From NCBI GenBank assembly GCA_026397175.1, contig JAPLVK010000015.1, positions 4,996 through 68,995 on the forward strand: a stretch of 64,000 nt of DNA, read 5' to 3'. This DNA is from Candidatus Berkelbacteria bacterium. GTDB taxonomy: Bacteria > Patescibacteriota > UBA1384 > DTJR01. Shown piece after piece: positions 1 through 9,221 of this stretch (position 1 is the first letter of the stretch; the number at the start of each line of letters is the position of its first letter). Under the pieces are notes generated by a model. It had not been told where the DNA came from. It was given only the letters and a program-made list of their open reading frames with translations, and did not search any database. The translations under genes were made by a program, and so were the position numbers.

Positions 1-38
1 GAAAGGGCGTGGAGGTTCAAGTCCTCTCATCCGCACCA
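1..38 (+). tRNA. 3' part of a class II tRNA (probably Leu), truncated by window start
   Basis: End of long variable arm, T arm GGAGG-TTCAAGT-CCTCT, acceptor strand and ACCA end; anticodon outside window. Confidence 0.75.
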
Positions 39-40
39 AG

Positions 41-72
41 CAGAACTCCCGAAAGGGAGTTTCTGGTTTTTC
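41..72 (+). terminator. Intrinsic terminator after tRNA
   Basis: CAGAACTCCC-GAAA-GGGAGTTTCTG hairpin followed by T run. Confidence 0.75.
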
Positions 73-115
73 TTGAAAAATCTTCTAGTTAAGGTATGAT
101 TAGAATACGAGGGAG

Positions 116-409
116 GTGATAAAAATGGCAGAAGAAGAAACAGAAGAAAAAGTAGAAAAAAAAGAAGAAAAAATCGGCGAAGTCACCCATTTTTTCGACA
201 AAATTTCGGTGGCGATTATTAAGTTTGCTAAACCGCTAAAAGTCGGCGAAAAAATCAAGATTAAGGGAGCAACAACCGATTTTGAGCAAACGGTTGACTC
301 GATGCAGTTAGAGCACGAATCAATCGAGGCGGCAGAAGCGGGTCAAGAACTCGGTATCAAAACTACCGAGAAAACTCGCGAAGGCGACGAGGTTTATAAA
401 GCTGGTTAA
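116..409 (+). CDS. Translation-factor beta-barrel / peptidase U32 C-terminal-like small protein
   Basis: KIGEVTHFFDKISVAII...G.TTDF.Q.V.SMQ pattern; GGAGG RBS (start may be ATG 125). Confidence 0.7.
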   Translation: MIKMAEEETEEKVEKKEEKIGEVTHFFDKISVAIIKFAKPLKVGEKIKIKGATTDFEQTVDSMQLEHESIEAAEAGQELGIKTTEKTREGDEVYKAG

Positions 410-440
410 ATCTGTTTGGTTTATTCACCCCGTTAAACTT

Positions 441-515
441 GGCCGCTTAACTCAGCGGTAGAGTATCTCGTTTACATCGAGAGAGTCGCAGGTTCGAATC
501 CTGCAGCGGCCACCA
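441..515 (+). tRNA. tRNA-Val(TAC)
   Basis: Full cloverleaf; anticodon arm TCTCG-TTTACAT-CGAGA; TTCGAAT T loop; CCA. Confidence 0.95.
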
Positions 516-602
516 TTGAAATTTTCGCCTTCTGTTGTTATTCTTATTCTTGAATTTGACTTTTCGTTATACACTATACGCTATACTTTATACACTATTT
601 TT

Positions 603-677
603 GCCTGGGTAGCTCAGTGGTAGAGCACGGGTCTGAAAAACCCGGTGTCGTCAGTCCGATTCTGACCCCAGGCACCA
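603..677 (+). tRNA. tRNA-Phe(GAA)
   Basis: Cloverleaf; CGGGT-CTGAAAA-ACCCG; T loop TCCGATT (non-canonical C55); CCA. Confidence 0.92.
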
Positions 678-830
678 TCGCGTATATCCTCTTCGCCACA
701 AGCGAAGGGAAACGCGATTTGGCTGGAGCGACTGGTCGATAACTTGAGAACAAGTCGTCAAGAATCGGAAGCCGGAGGCTGACGGGCCGAGGCGGGGTCG
801 AGGAATTCGCCAGCAGGCGAATATCCGTGA

Positions 831-852
831 CCGATTCTGACCCCAGGCACCA
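831..852 (+). repeat. 22-bp direct repeat of tRNA-Phe 3' end (att-like)
   Basis: CCGATTCTGACCCCAGGCACCA identical at 656-677 and 831-852. Confidence 0.9.
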
Positions 853-981
853 CACTTCGTTCCTTCGGAGCTACGCGTGGCACGCTACCACTTACTAAAA
901 AGGCAGTTAGCTATATTGAGATAGAGCGAAGTGTGTCCCGCGAAGCTTTTGCGAAGTGGGACAAACCATTTGGGACATTCC

Positions 982-1392
982 ATGAACAAACTAATAACAT
1001 TTTTTTCTTGGCACAACCTCACAAGCAGTTTTTCCGAAGTCACAAGATATGCAAAATGGGAACTGCTGGTTTTGGGTATCTTGATAATCACAGGCATTTT
1101 TCTTTATTGGTTTTCAGAAAGAAAAAAAACCGCCAGATTTTACAAAAAATTTATCAAAAAAGTGGGTGACGCTTTAATCTATATTCCGGCGCTTCTAACT
1201 TTACTTGTTTTGGCGCAGTATCTCGAAGTAGATGGCATGGGTCTAAAAATATATTTTATTCTACCTTTGATGATATGGTTGATTTGGATTATTTTTCTGA
1301 TATACTATCGAATAGTTGTTATACCCAAACTATGGGATGAATATTTTAAAAGAAAACAAACGGAGAAATATCTAAAAAATGGCAAACGCTAA
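982..1392 (+). CDS. Hypothetical membrane protein (3 TM)
   Basis: Hydrophobic segments; ATG 982 preferred over GTG 931, which lies in a palindromic repeat; overlaps rpsA start. Confidence 0.65.
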   Translation: MNKLITFFSWHNLTSSFSEVTRYAKWELLVLGILIITGIFLYWFSERKKTARFYKKFIKKVGDALIYIPALLTLLVLAQYLEVDGMGLKIYFILPLMIWLIWIIFLIYYRIVVIPKLWDEYFKRKQTEKYLKNGKR

Positions 1393-2491
1393 AACAATTT
1401 CCCTAATTAAAAAAGTCGCCGATAAAACCGACGCAAAAGATCAAAGTCCAATGGAAAATCTGGCCAACGAACTTGATCAGGACTTTATTCCTTTTGGAGC
1501 GGGCGATCCTGTCGAATGTACGGTTATTTCTACATCCAGCCATCGCATTTTATGTGATGTCGGCGGGCTGACATGCGGTTTTGTCCCGGAAAAAGAATTT
1601 TCTTTTGATACAAAAGAGTTAAAACCGGGCGACAGAGTGATCGCGGCCGTTATGTCCATGGAAGGCAAAGACGGTTTGGTTGTCTTGAGTTTGCGCCGAG
1701 CAGATCGCGAAAAACTTTGGGATACCCTAAAAGAGAAAATGGAGAATCACTCAACCTTGTCTGTAAAAGTTGCCAGCGCAAATCGCGGAGGTCTTATGGT
1801 TGATGCCGGTGGGCTTGCCGGTTTCTTGCCGGTTTCCCAACTCTCCGTTGAACATTACCCTAGAGTTGATGGTGGAGATCCAAGTCAAATTTTGTATAAA
1901 TTGAGAAAGCTAATGGGCGAAACGATGACCGTAAAAATTATCGCCGTTGATCGAAACGAAGAAAAGCTGATTTTTTCCGAAAAAGAAGCGGTCAGCGAAT
2001 CATTGGGCGGTGTTGATACATTGTTCGAAATCGGTGAACTTGTTGATGGAGTAATTTCTGGCATTGCGCCGTTTGGCCTTTTTGTCAGTTTAAAATCAAT
2101 CGAAGGTCTGGTGCATATTTCCGAGGTCTCGTGGGATCATATAAGCGACTTAAACAAACTCTTTAAAGTTGGTCAAAAGATTAAAGCAAAGGTTGTAAAA
2201 ATTGAAAACGGAAAGGTCTCCCTGTCGATAAAACGACTTTCCGACGATCCGTGGCTTGAACACATGAAAAATCTTAAAGTTGGAGAAACTCTTGAAGGCG
2301 AAGTTGGAAAAGTTACGGCTTATGGCGCATTTGTTAAATTGCCGGATGGCCTTGAGGGACTGGTTCATACATCAACCGCCAGTGGCGATATCGAAAAAAT
2401 TAAAAACCTTAAGGTTGCAGAGAAACATCAATTTGAAGTTATTGAACTAAAGCCCGAAGCCCGAAGAATCGGTTTGCGACTAGTTAAATAA
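1379..2491 (+). CDS. rpsA: 30S ribosomal protein S1 (4 S1 domains)
   Basis: Repeated S1 motifs (NRGGL.V, FGLFV..EGLVHISE, YGAFV..GLEGLVH). Confidence 0.9.
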   Translation: MANAKTISLIKKVADKTDAKDQSPMENLANELDQDFIPFGAGDPVECTVISTSSHRILCDVGGLTCGFVPEKEFSFDTKELKPGDRVIAAVMSMEGKDGLVVLSLRRADREKLWDTLKEKMENHSTLSVKVASANRGGLMVDAGGLAGFLPVSQLSVEHYPRVDGGDPSQILYKLRKLMGETMTVKIIAVDRNEEKLIFSEKEAVSESLGGVDTLFEIGELVDGVISGIAPFGLFVSLKSIEGLVHISEVSWDHISDLNKLFKVGQKIKAKVVKIENGKVSLSIKRLSDDPWLEHMKNLKVGETLEGEVGKVTAYGAFVKLPDGLEGLVHTSTASGDIEKIKNLKVAEKHQFEVIELKPEARRIGLRLVK

Positions 2492-2616
2492 ACAAATCTT
2501 CTTGCATATTTTAAATTTATCTTGTTTTATGATTGTTTTTATAAAGCAGAACTTCTGATTTTTTAAATCAGGGCCCTGCTTTATAGCAAGGACATTGACA
2601 ATACCATCTCGAAAGG

Positions 2617-4401
2617 GTGATAACTTTGCGGAGAGCAACACTTTGCGCCGTTTTGATTGTGATGGCGATGACGATCCCGATCTCTTCCGAAGGGAAAGGA
2701 CCGACCAATGTGGTAGTGCTGATGCATATCCACTCGGTCTTCTCCGATGGGAATCGCCTCATCTCTGAACTAGTAGAGCTAGCCAGAGGTTGGGGTGCCC
2801 GATTTATTGTCTCGACCGACCACACAGAAGAGATTCGCGAAACACAGAATGTGTATGATCGCTTTCGTCTTTCCGCTTTAGGCATTCATATCGTTCGCGA
2901 TCCCAAGCCGCACTCCGTTGATGAATGGGTTAAGGTGATGGGCAACCTGGGCGTCGTCAACGGAACAGAGTTCGGTCTCGGGTACAGGAGAAGCAGTCAT
3001 CTGCTTTATGTCTGCTCCCGTCGCGATACGATGCTACCGACCTACCAGTCGTTGGTTGACATCGCCGAAACCTACGGGGAATCCAATCCTATCCTGGCCA
3101 TCGAGAAGATCGAGGACTTAGCGGTTCAAAATGATGCGGTTTTGGTCTTGGCTCACCCGTTTAGCTTCCTCTGTTCCTTTACCCAGCGACTGACCCCAAG
3201 GGTCGGTTTAAGGGTGGGTGTGGAGTTTCTCAACTCATCGTACCGGAAAAACGACAAGACCTTTGACCTGTTGTGCAAAATCCAGCAGGATTTTCCGGAT
3301 TGCCCCGCTATCGCTACGGGCGGTTGCGACTATCACGGTGATCTCATCAGCACAGCAGCCGAAGTGGCTTTGAGCTCCCCGGCATCAGTTGCAGATGTCT
3401 ATGGTGATGTCTACGAGCCGCCGACAAGCCGATTCACGATCGTGCAGGCGCTTTCTGTTAGTTCGGATGGAGTTGCCGAAGCCATCCGTAATGGGTGGTG
3501 TTATGCGGCATACAAATCCGCCCGGATAGTGGAAGCGACCTGTTGGCCCGGCCGGAAATACACTCCGAACGATGGACCTTTCCGCCTGAAGTTCTCCGGA
3601 TTTACCTTGAATCGCCATACCATAAGGGTTGCTGCGGTCTCCCGCAAAACCCATCAGCTTATCGCCAAGGGCAAGGGAACGATGACCTCCGATGTCTTCG
3701 CGTTCAACTTGCGTGACTTCCTAGAACCGGACAAAAACGGGAATGACGGCTGGTGGCTCTTGATCGGAACCGACGAGGTTGTGCTTTCTGCTATGGAAAT
3801 CATGCTGTTTCCCAAGCCCAAGCCGCCACAGCAGGTAGCACAAAAAGACGACGGCAATGATGTGTTGAGGAATATCCTCGAGGCACTTGCGGGGGCATTG
3901 CTCGAAGATGCGCTATCCGGTGGCGGGGGAGGCGGCAGTAAACCATCTCCCCAAAACCCCCAGCCAGGGCCCAATCCTACCAGTTCGAGCCAAGGCCTCG
4001 GACATTTTCGAGGCAGTGTTAAGTACTATGGGGGAAGCGGCCAACAGGATGTCGTCGGAGATGTTGTCGAGACCGGATTCACAAACGGGGTTTACAACAT
4101 CCGCCTGACGATCGAATTCCCGGGACAGCCCGCCTGCACCCGGTCTTACAATCTCAAGCTCGCACACAACGAGACATGGGAGGTTCGTGGGGCCGAAACG
4201 ATTGTCTTCAACGCCGGCAAAGGTGAAATATGTGATGTCGGCATTGTCTCCCTTACCAGGGGGTCGGTAAGACCCAACGAGGATGGCTACCAATTGAATC
4301 TGGACAGTATCCTCGAGCGAGGGCATCGCGGCACCCCCGCTGGCGGCCTGTACGCCCTGCCCGCCTGTAGGTTGATTGATCTGTACAGACAAGGGAGGTA
4401 A
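2617..4401 (+). CDS. Exported PHP-domain (histidinol phosphatase-like) protein with C-terminal extension
   Basis: Signal-like N-terminus; HIHSVFSDG, STDH, GTE, LAHP, GGCDYHG metal motifs; Gly/Pro linker; visibly GC-richer than flanks. Confidence 0.7.
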   Translation: MITLRRATLCAVLIVMAMTIPISSEGKGPTNVVVLMHIHSVFSDGNRLISELVELARGWGARFIVSTDHTEEIRETQNVYDRFRLSALGIHIVRDPKPHSVDEWVKVMGNLGVVNGTEFGLGYRRSSHLLYVCSRRDTMLPTYQSLVDIAETYGESNPILAIEKIEDLAVQNDAVLVLAHPFSFLCSFTQRLTPRVGLRVGVEFLNSSYRKNDKTFDLLCKIQQDFPDCPAIATGGCDYHGDLISTAAEVALSSPASVADVYGDVYEPPTSRFTIVQALSVSSDGVAEAIRNGWCYAAYKSARIVEATCWPGRKYTPNDGPFRLKFSGFTLNRHTIRVAAVSRKTHQLIAKGKGTMTSDVFAFNLRDFLEPDKNGNDGWWLLIGTDEVVLSAMEIMLFPKPKPPQQVAQKDDGNDVLRNILEALAGALLEDALSGGGGGGSKPSPQNPQPGPNPTSSSQGLGHFRGSVKYYGGSGQQDVVGDVVETGFTNGVYNIRLTIEFPGQPACTRSYNLKLAHNETWEVRGAETIVFNAGKGEICDVGIVSLTRGSVRPNEDGYQLNLDSILERGHRGTPAGGLYALPACRLIDLYRQGR

Positions 4402-4415
4402 TCAACATCAAACAC

Positions 4416-4443
4416 AAGGGGCCCCGCGAGGGGCCCCTTAAAA
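4416..4443. terminator. GC hairpin terminator
   Basis: AAGGGGCCCC-GCGA-GGGGCCCCTT. Confidence 0.65.
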
Positions 4444-4506
4444 ATCAAAATTGAAATCCATCTTCTTCTGTGGTACATTTATATTCTTAAATAAAAAGGA
4501 GGAAAG

Positions 4507-4989
4507 GTGCAATTTTCAAAAAATAAAGATAATCAGCTCGAGATCAAAACCAAACAAGCACTCATTCTTTTGGATGATATTGTCAAAATTAATGATGTTG
4601 ATCTGGAAGGTCCAGGCGAATACGAAATCGGAGAAATATCGGTTGACGGCTTGGACGATGATGTTTACATTATTCAAGCCGAAGAAATTCCAGTTGGTAT
4701 TGTTAATTTTAAGTGTAAGATTTCCAAAGAAAGTGTCGAGAAGCTTTCCAATGTAGGTCTCTTGGTTGCGCAGCTGGATGGTGACATCGAGAATGCAATC
4801 GAGCAAGTTGGTCAAATCGAACCTAACATTGTTTTTTATGTTGGCGAAGCAAGTTCCGCAGATAAATTAAAGGCAGGCGGAGTAACTTGCGATACGGTTG
4901 AATCCATAAAAATTCAAAAAAACGATATCGACACCGACCAAAAAGCATATTTTATCCAGGCCTCACATGCTGAATGCAAAAAAAGCTAA
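4507..4989 (+). CDS. Degenerate MBL-fold (Lactamase_B_3-like) protein
   Basis: GPGEYEIGEI and QIEP motifs; metal-binding histidines absent. Confidence 0.55.
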   Translation: MQFSKNKDNQLEIKTKQALILLDDIVKINDVDLEGPGEYEIGEISVDGLDDDVYIIQAEEIPVGIVNFKCKISKESVEKLSNVGLLVAQLDGDIENAIEQVGQIEPNIVFYVGEASSADKLKAGGVTCDTVESIKIQKNDIDTDQKAYFIQASHAECKKS

Positions 4990-5908
4990 AGAACTATTCG
5001 AGAAAAATCAAAAGATCCTAGTCGTTTTGCATCAATTTCCCGATGGTGACACAATCTCATCTTCTCTTGCTCTTTCGGTCTATCTAAAACGGCAGGGAAA
5101 AAAGGTTGACTTGGCGGTTAAAGAAGAAATTCCCGAGGTCTTTCATTTTCTTACCAATGGCATAAAAATTCGAGACGATTTTCTGCTTGGCGATTACGAC
5201 CTTATTATTGCAGTTGATTGCGGTGATGCGCAGCGCACCGGTTTTCCCGCTCGACTCGAGCAAATTAGCCGCATTAAACCGCTAATTAATATTGATCATC
5301 ATCTTAAAAATTCCCTTCATAAAATCGCAACGCTCAATATGATAGATACAGAGGCCTCGGCGGCTGCGGAAATTGTTTGGGATTTATTAAATTATCTTGA
5401 AGCGGAAATTGACTCGAAAATCGCCACATATATTTTAGCTGGAATTTATTATGATACGGGTGGCTTTCAGCATGCCAATGTAACCGCAAAGACATTGAAA
5501 ATTGCCTCACAGTGTTTGCGCCGTGGCGGTAGAATCGGTCTAATATCTAAAAATAATATCACCTCAAAGTCACCGTCAGGATTAAAATTGTGGGGAATTG
5601 CTCTTAATCGTGTGAGAATTAATGCAAACGGAATCGTTTCAACATATATCACCTTAAACGACATTAAAAAAAGTGGAGCAAAATCCGATGATACTTCCGG
5701 AATTGTGAATTTGATTAATACGATTCCTAATTCAAAGATCGCGATCTTGTTTGTTGAGACACCTGATGGTACAATAAAAACCAGCTTGCGGACCGAGAGA
5801 AACGACATTGATGTTTCTGTTTTGGCGCGGCTTTTTGGCGGCGGAGGCCACAAAAAAGCCGCCGGATTTACACTCGAGAGTAACTTGAAATCTAAAATTA
5901 TGGCCTAG
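4967..5908 (+). CDS. nrnA: DHH-family oligoribonuclease/pAp phosphatase
   Basis: H..PDGD, VDC, IDHH, DTG.F, GGGGH..AAG motifs. Confidence 0.9.
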   Translation: MLNAKKAKELFEKNQKILVVLHQFPDGDTISSSLALSVYLKRQGKKVDLAVKEEIPEVFHFLTNGIKIRDDFLLGDYDLIIAVDCGDAQRTGFPARLEQISRIKPLINIDHHLKNSLHKIATLNMIDTEASAAAEIVWDLLNYLEAEIDSKIATYILAGIYYDTGGFQHANVTAKTLKIASQCLRRGGRIGLISKNNITSKSPSGLKLWGIALNRVRINANGIVSTYITLNDIKKSGAKSDDTSGIVNLINTIPNSKIAILFVETPDGTIKTSLRTERNDIDVSVLARLFGGGGHKKAAGFTLESNLKSKIMA

Positions 5909-5992
5909 CCCGAATGGCGCCTGCCTGCCGGTAGGCAGGGAATTGGCCTGCCCGCCGATGCTACGCAAAGCGCTGCAGGCAGGCGGAATTGG
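5908..5992 (+). repeat. Duplicated tRNA-Leu 5' end interrupted by REP-like palindromes
   Basis: GCCCGAATGGCG[CCTGCCTGCCGGTAGGCAGG]GAATTGG; removing the 20-mer gives the first 19 nt of the tRNA at 6517. Confidence 0.8.
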
Positions 5993-6044
5993 CAAACTTG
6001 TTTTATATATTGACCGTGCCTATTCCATATTGTAAGATTACTAT

Positions 6045-6563
6045 ATGCCAAGAGCTCGACGGTGGACTATAGAACAATTAAAAAAAGCGGTGAAAGAAGC
6101 TCGTAGCAAGCGAGGGGTTTTGATTGTACTTGGATTGAGGCCTACCGGTGGTAATTACAAACAACTTGAAAAATATATTAATGAATTAAATTTAGATACG
6201 ACTCATTTTTTGGGTAAGGGGTGGAATAAGGGATTGCAGTTCTGTCCGAAGCCGGCAATTCCAATCACTGAAATTTTAAAGAAAGATTCAGATTTTCAAT
6301 CTTATAAGCTAAAGAAACGATTATTCAAAGAAGGTTTAAAAAAAGAGAGATGTGAAGAGTGTGGTTGGGCGAAGTATTCTAGTGATGGGAGATTGCCTCT
6401 TGAATTAAATCATAAGAATGGGAATTCCGGAGACAATCGCATCGATAATCTAGAAATTCTTTGCCCAAATTGTCACAGTTTGAGGCCACATTATAGGGGG
6501 AGCAAGTTAAAAAAATGCCCGAATGGCGGAATTGGTATACGCGCATCACTTAAAATGATGTGA
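6045..6563 (+). CDS. HNH endonuclease (free-standing, homing-type)
   Basis: CEECG...LELNHKNG...DN...NL..LCPNCH; 3' end overlaps tRNA-Leu by 47 nt. Confidence 0.88.
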   Translation: MPRARRWTIEQLKKAVKEARSKRGVLIVLGLRPTGGNYKQLEKYINELNLDTTHFLGKGWNKGLQFCPKPAIPITEILKKDSDFQSYKLKKRLFKEGLKKERCEECGWAKYSSDGRLPLELNHKNGNSGDNRIDNLEILCPNCHSLRPHYRGSKLKKCPNGGIGIRASLKMM

Positions 6564-6603
6564 CCGAAAGGTCTTGTCGGTTCGAGTCCGACTTCGGGCA
6601 CCA
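6517..6603 (+). tRNA. tRNA-Leu(TAA)
   Basis: CATCA-CTTAAAA-TGATG anticodon arm; long variable arm GACC-GAAA-GGTC; TTCGAGT; CCA. Confidence 0.95.
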
Positions 6604-6712
6604 AAATCAAACTTTCCGTTTTTTTCCCGACCAATTCGGCGGCGCGAAGCGCCGAAATGTATGGCTGAACAGGGTTTCCGCGCGCTTCGCGCGCGTTCAA
6701 GTGGAGGTTCGA
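6599..6712 (+). repeat. Repeat A1' (114 bp), inverted partner of 9519-9632
   Basis: Reverse complement aligns with 6 mismatches by manual count. Confidence 0.93.
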
Positions 6713-7859
6713 GCCAAAGATTTCTTTGGCAACAACCTTTTTTGCTAAAAGGTTGTTATCCCTTGCAATTTTAACGAGGGTTAAAGAGACTTTTATCCAA
6801 TTTTGAAACGGTTCGAGCCAATTATTTTGCTTTTGTTCAATCCGCGCCATTTGCTCATCAAGCGACTTCTTTTCCAAAAGAAGTTTTGTTTTTTGTTCGC
6901 GATAAATCTCTCTTTCAATATCTTGCTCTAAATAGCCGTCAAGAAGTCGCTGTAATTTTGTATTGATAGCGTGGATTTTGTTTTGAGCTTTTTGAACAAA
7001 AGCAAAACAGGATTGGGCGGACATTTCCTTGTCTCTTTCCGCCATTTCTAAAAGTTTGTCCGCCCACTTCTGGCTCAAAGAAACTCTTTGAATAAGAGCT
7101 GATAACTGCCGATCCAATTCCTCTTCGCGAATATATGGCTGAGTACATTTAATTTTCTTTTTTGAACAACGATAATAAATATGTCCTTTTTGTTTTTCGG
7201 CAGTTATCATCATTCCACATTCGGCGCACTCAATAAGTCCACAAAATGCTTGTGGCTCATTTTTTTGCTTGCGTTGTGTTTTGCCTCGTTGTTTCAAAAC
7301 TTCTTGCGCCGAATCAAAAAGTTTCTTTGAAATGATTGGCTCGTATTTTCCTTCGTGAAGTTCGCCATCATATTTGAATAGTCCAGTATAAAAAGGATTT
7401 GAAAGGATAAAAGTCACCCTCGTCTTGTGGATTTTCTTTCCGCCGCGGGAAAGTATCCCGCGTTGCGCCAAAAAGTTCGAAATATCCTCGAGGCGTGATG
7501 CGCCTTCGGCATACAGTTCAAATGCTTCTTTAGTGATTTTTGCTTTCTTTCTGTCTACCACAATGGTTTTGGTGCGCACATCGTTTATGTAGCCGATTGG
7601 CGCAAGGCTTGGATATTCGCCTCGTCTTACTTTTTGGCGCAAACCCCGCTTGGTGTTTTCGGAAAGAGAATCCACATAGTATTTGCTTTGCCCAAAAGCA
7701 ATGTTCAACATAAATTTTCCTTGCGGCGTTGGTTCAAACCAAAATTGAGGAAACTTCAACGCCACAATACGCCCGCAATCAATCAAATAAATTATTTGTC
7801 CGCCATCAACAGAATTGCGCGCCAATCTGTCAGACATTCTATGATAAATTTAAAGTGTT

Positions 7860-8036
7860 CCCCGCGCTATGCCGCCGGATGACTCATGGCATCCTGCGTC
7901 CCGCCATCGGCGGGATCGCCTTGGTCAGACTGTCTCCGGTGGCATAGGCGCGATTAGTCGCTTCAATAGCTCAATAGAATGTTGCTCCCTTTATGGGTAG
8001 CTTATGATAAATGGTTGCTTGGCGGCTTGAGTCGCG
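7860..8036 (+). ncRNA. IS110 bridge RNA (target- and donor-binding loops)
   Basis: Two stem/internal-loop/hairpin units; loops hold TGGCATCCTG and GTCAG (target) and ATAGAATGT and ATAAATG (donor junction); exact ends uncertain. Confidence 0.85.
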
Positions 8037-8082
8037 CTTTGCCCGGGACAGGAAGAGCAGAAAAATAAGGAAGGAGGTGAAA

Positions 8083-9198
8083 ATGAACGCGTGTCTTACT
8101 CCCAAGTCAACCGTTGTTGGGGTTGATGTGCATAAATACTCTCACACAGCGGTAGCGATGAATTGCTTCGGCCAGGAAAAAGATCGGCTGGATTTCTCAA
8201 ACGACCGCTTGGATGATTATGTCTTATGGCTTCAGAGGTTAGGCCAAAAAGAAGATATTGTTGTTGCTCTTGAGGATGTAAACGGTTATGGATTTCATAT
8301 TGTCGAAAAATTGAGTCATGAAGGAATCAAAATGCGCTATGTTCCGGCGATACTCACCGAGCGGGACAGAAAACAAAGCATACACAGGGAGAAAAGCGAT
8401 AAGGAAGATGCAAAGCGGGTAGGAAAAGTCATCCTCACAAAGTTCGAGGAGACACTACCCGCCAAAGAAAGTATAGCAAATGAAGCGGAAAGGAACATAA
8501 GCGCCAATCTTGATTTTCTTACTTCCGAAAGAAGAGTGTTGGTTTCCGATAAAACAATTCTCAAAAACCAGCTCCACGCCATGCTTCATCAACTATTCGG
8601 AGATCATTATCAGGATGGATTTGCCAAAGTGTTCAACAGAAAAGCTGTCAGTTCTTATCGCAAGAAATTGTCTTCCTTCAAATCAGCCAATCCGATAAAA
8701 TCCGCTCTTGCTAAAAGCGTCATCAGGCGTTTCGACAGATTGTCTCTTGTCGAAAAACAACTTCAAGAAATAGATAAAACAATAAACGGTCTCGCTAAAA
8801 AATCAGAAGCGGTTATGGCGCTTAAAGACAATATCCATGGCTGTGGCGCAATTACGGGGGCGGCAATTATCGCCGAAGTAACGACTATTGATCGTTTCTC
8901 AAGCAAAGCCAAGTTTGCCCGATATTCCGGCATCGCTCCGATTAACAAATCTTCCGGCATGCACCAACGACTCTATACCAGCCCTTTTGGCAACCGGAAG
9001 ATGAATAGAGCTCTTCATACTATCGCTTTATGCCAAATTGCCTGCAGGGGAGATGACAGAGGGAAAGTATACTTTCAAAAGAAATTATCCGAGGGCAAAA
9101 CAAAACTTTGGGCGCTAAGATGTCTCAAAAGACAAATCTCAAATAGAGTATTTCAAGTGCTCAAAGAACAAAAAAGAGAGGAGACAATAATGCAATAA
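8083..9198 (+). CDS. IS110 DEDD recombinase/transposase
   Basis: GVDVHK, E, KSD..DA, Y.GIAP...SSG, GNR.MN motifs; AAGGAGGT RBS before ATG 8083. Confidence 0.95.
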   Translation: MNACLTPKSTVVGVDVHKYSHTAVAMNCFGQEKDRLDFSNDRLDDYVLWLQRLGQKEDIVVALEDVNGYGFHIVEKLSHEGIKMRYVPAILTERDRKQSIHREKSDKEDAKRVGKVILTKFEETLPAKESIANEAERNISANLDFLTSERRVLVSDKTILKNQLHAMLHQLFGDHYQDGFAKVFNRKAVSSYRKKLSSFKSANPIKSALAKSVIRRFDRLSLVEKQLQEIDKTINGLAKKSEAVMALKDNIHGCGAITGAAIIAEVTTIDRFSSKAKFARYSGIAPINKSSGMHQRLYTSPFGNRKMNRALHTIALCQIACRGDDRGKVYFQKKLSEGKTKLWALRCLKRQISNRVFQVLKEQKREETIMQ

Positions 9199-9221
9199 AA
9201 TAACCCAATAAATCCATGCTA

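Larger units (their letters stand above)
6491..7833 (-). pseudogene. Large serine recombinase, C-terminal part (split by IS110)
   Basis: DRLARN, LSENTKRG, APIGY, Zn ribbon CAECG/YYRC, coiled coil; frame continues antisense through tRNA-Leu. Confidence 0.9.

Noticed and set aside
595-855. Short ORFs over tRNAs and repeats (also 6560..6774, 9674..9885, 53421..53741) and other antisense ORFs
   Set aside because: They shadow RNA genes, repeats or stronger genes and show no recognisable motifs.
6491-7837. ORF 6491..7837 as an independent gene
   Set aside because: Its ATG lies in the IS110 end and it lacks the catalytic serine; it is the distal part of the split recombinase.
8011-8082. Longer N-terminus for the IS110 transposase
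   Set aside because: It overlaps the bridge RNA donor loop; the strong RBS points to ATG 8083.
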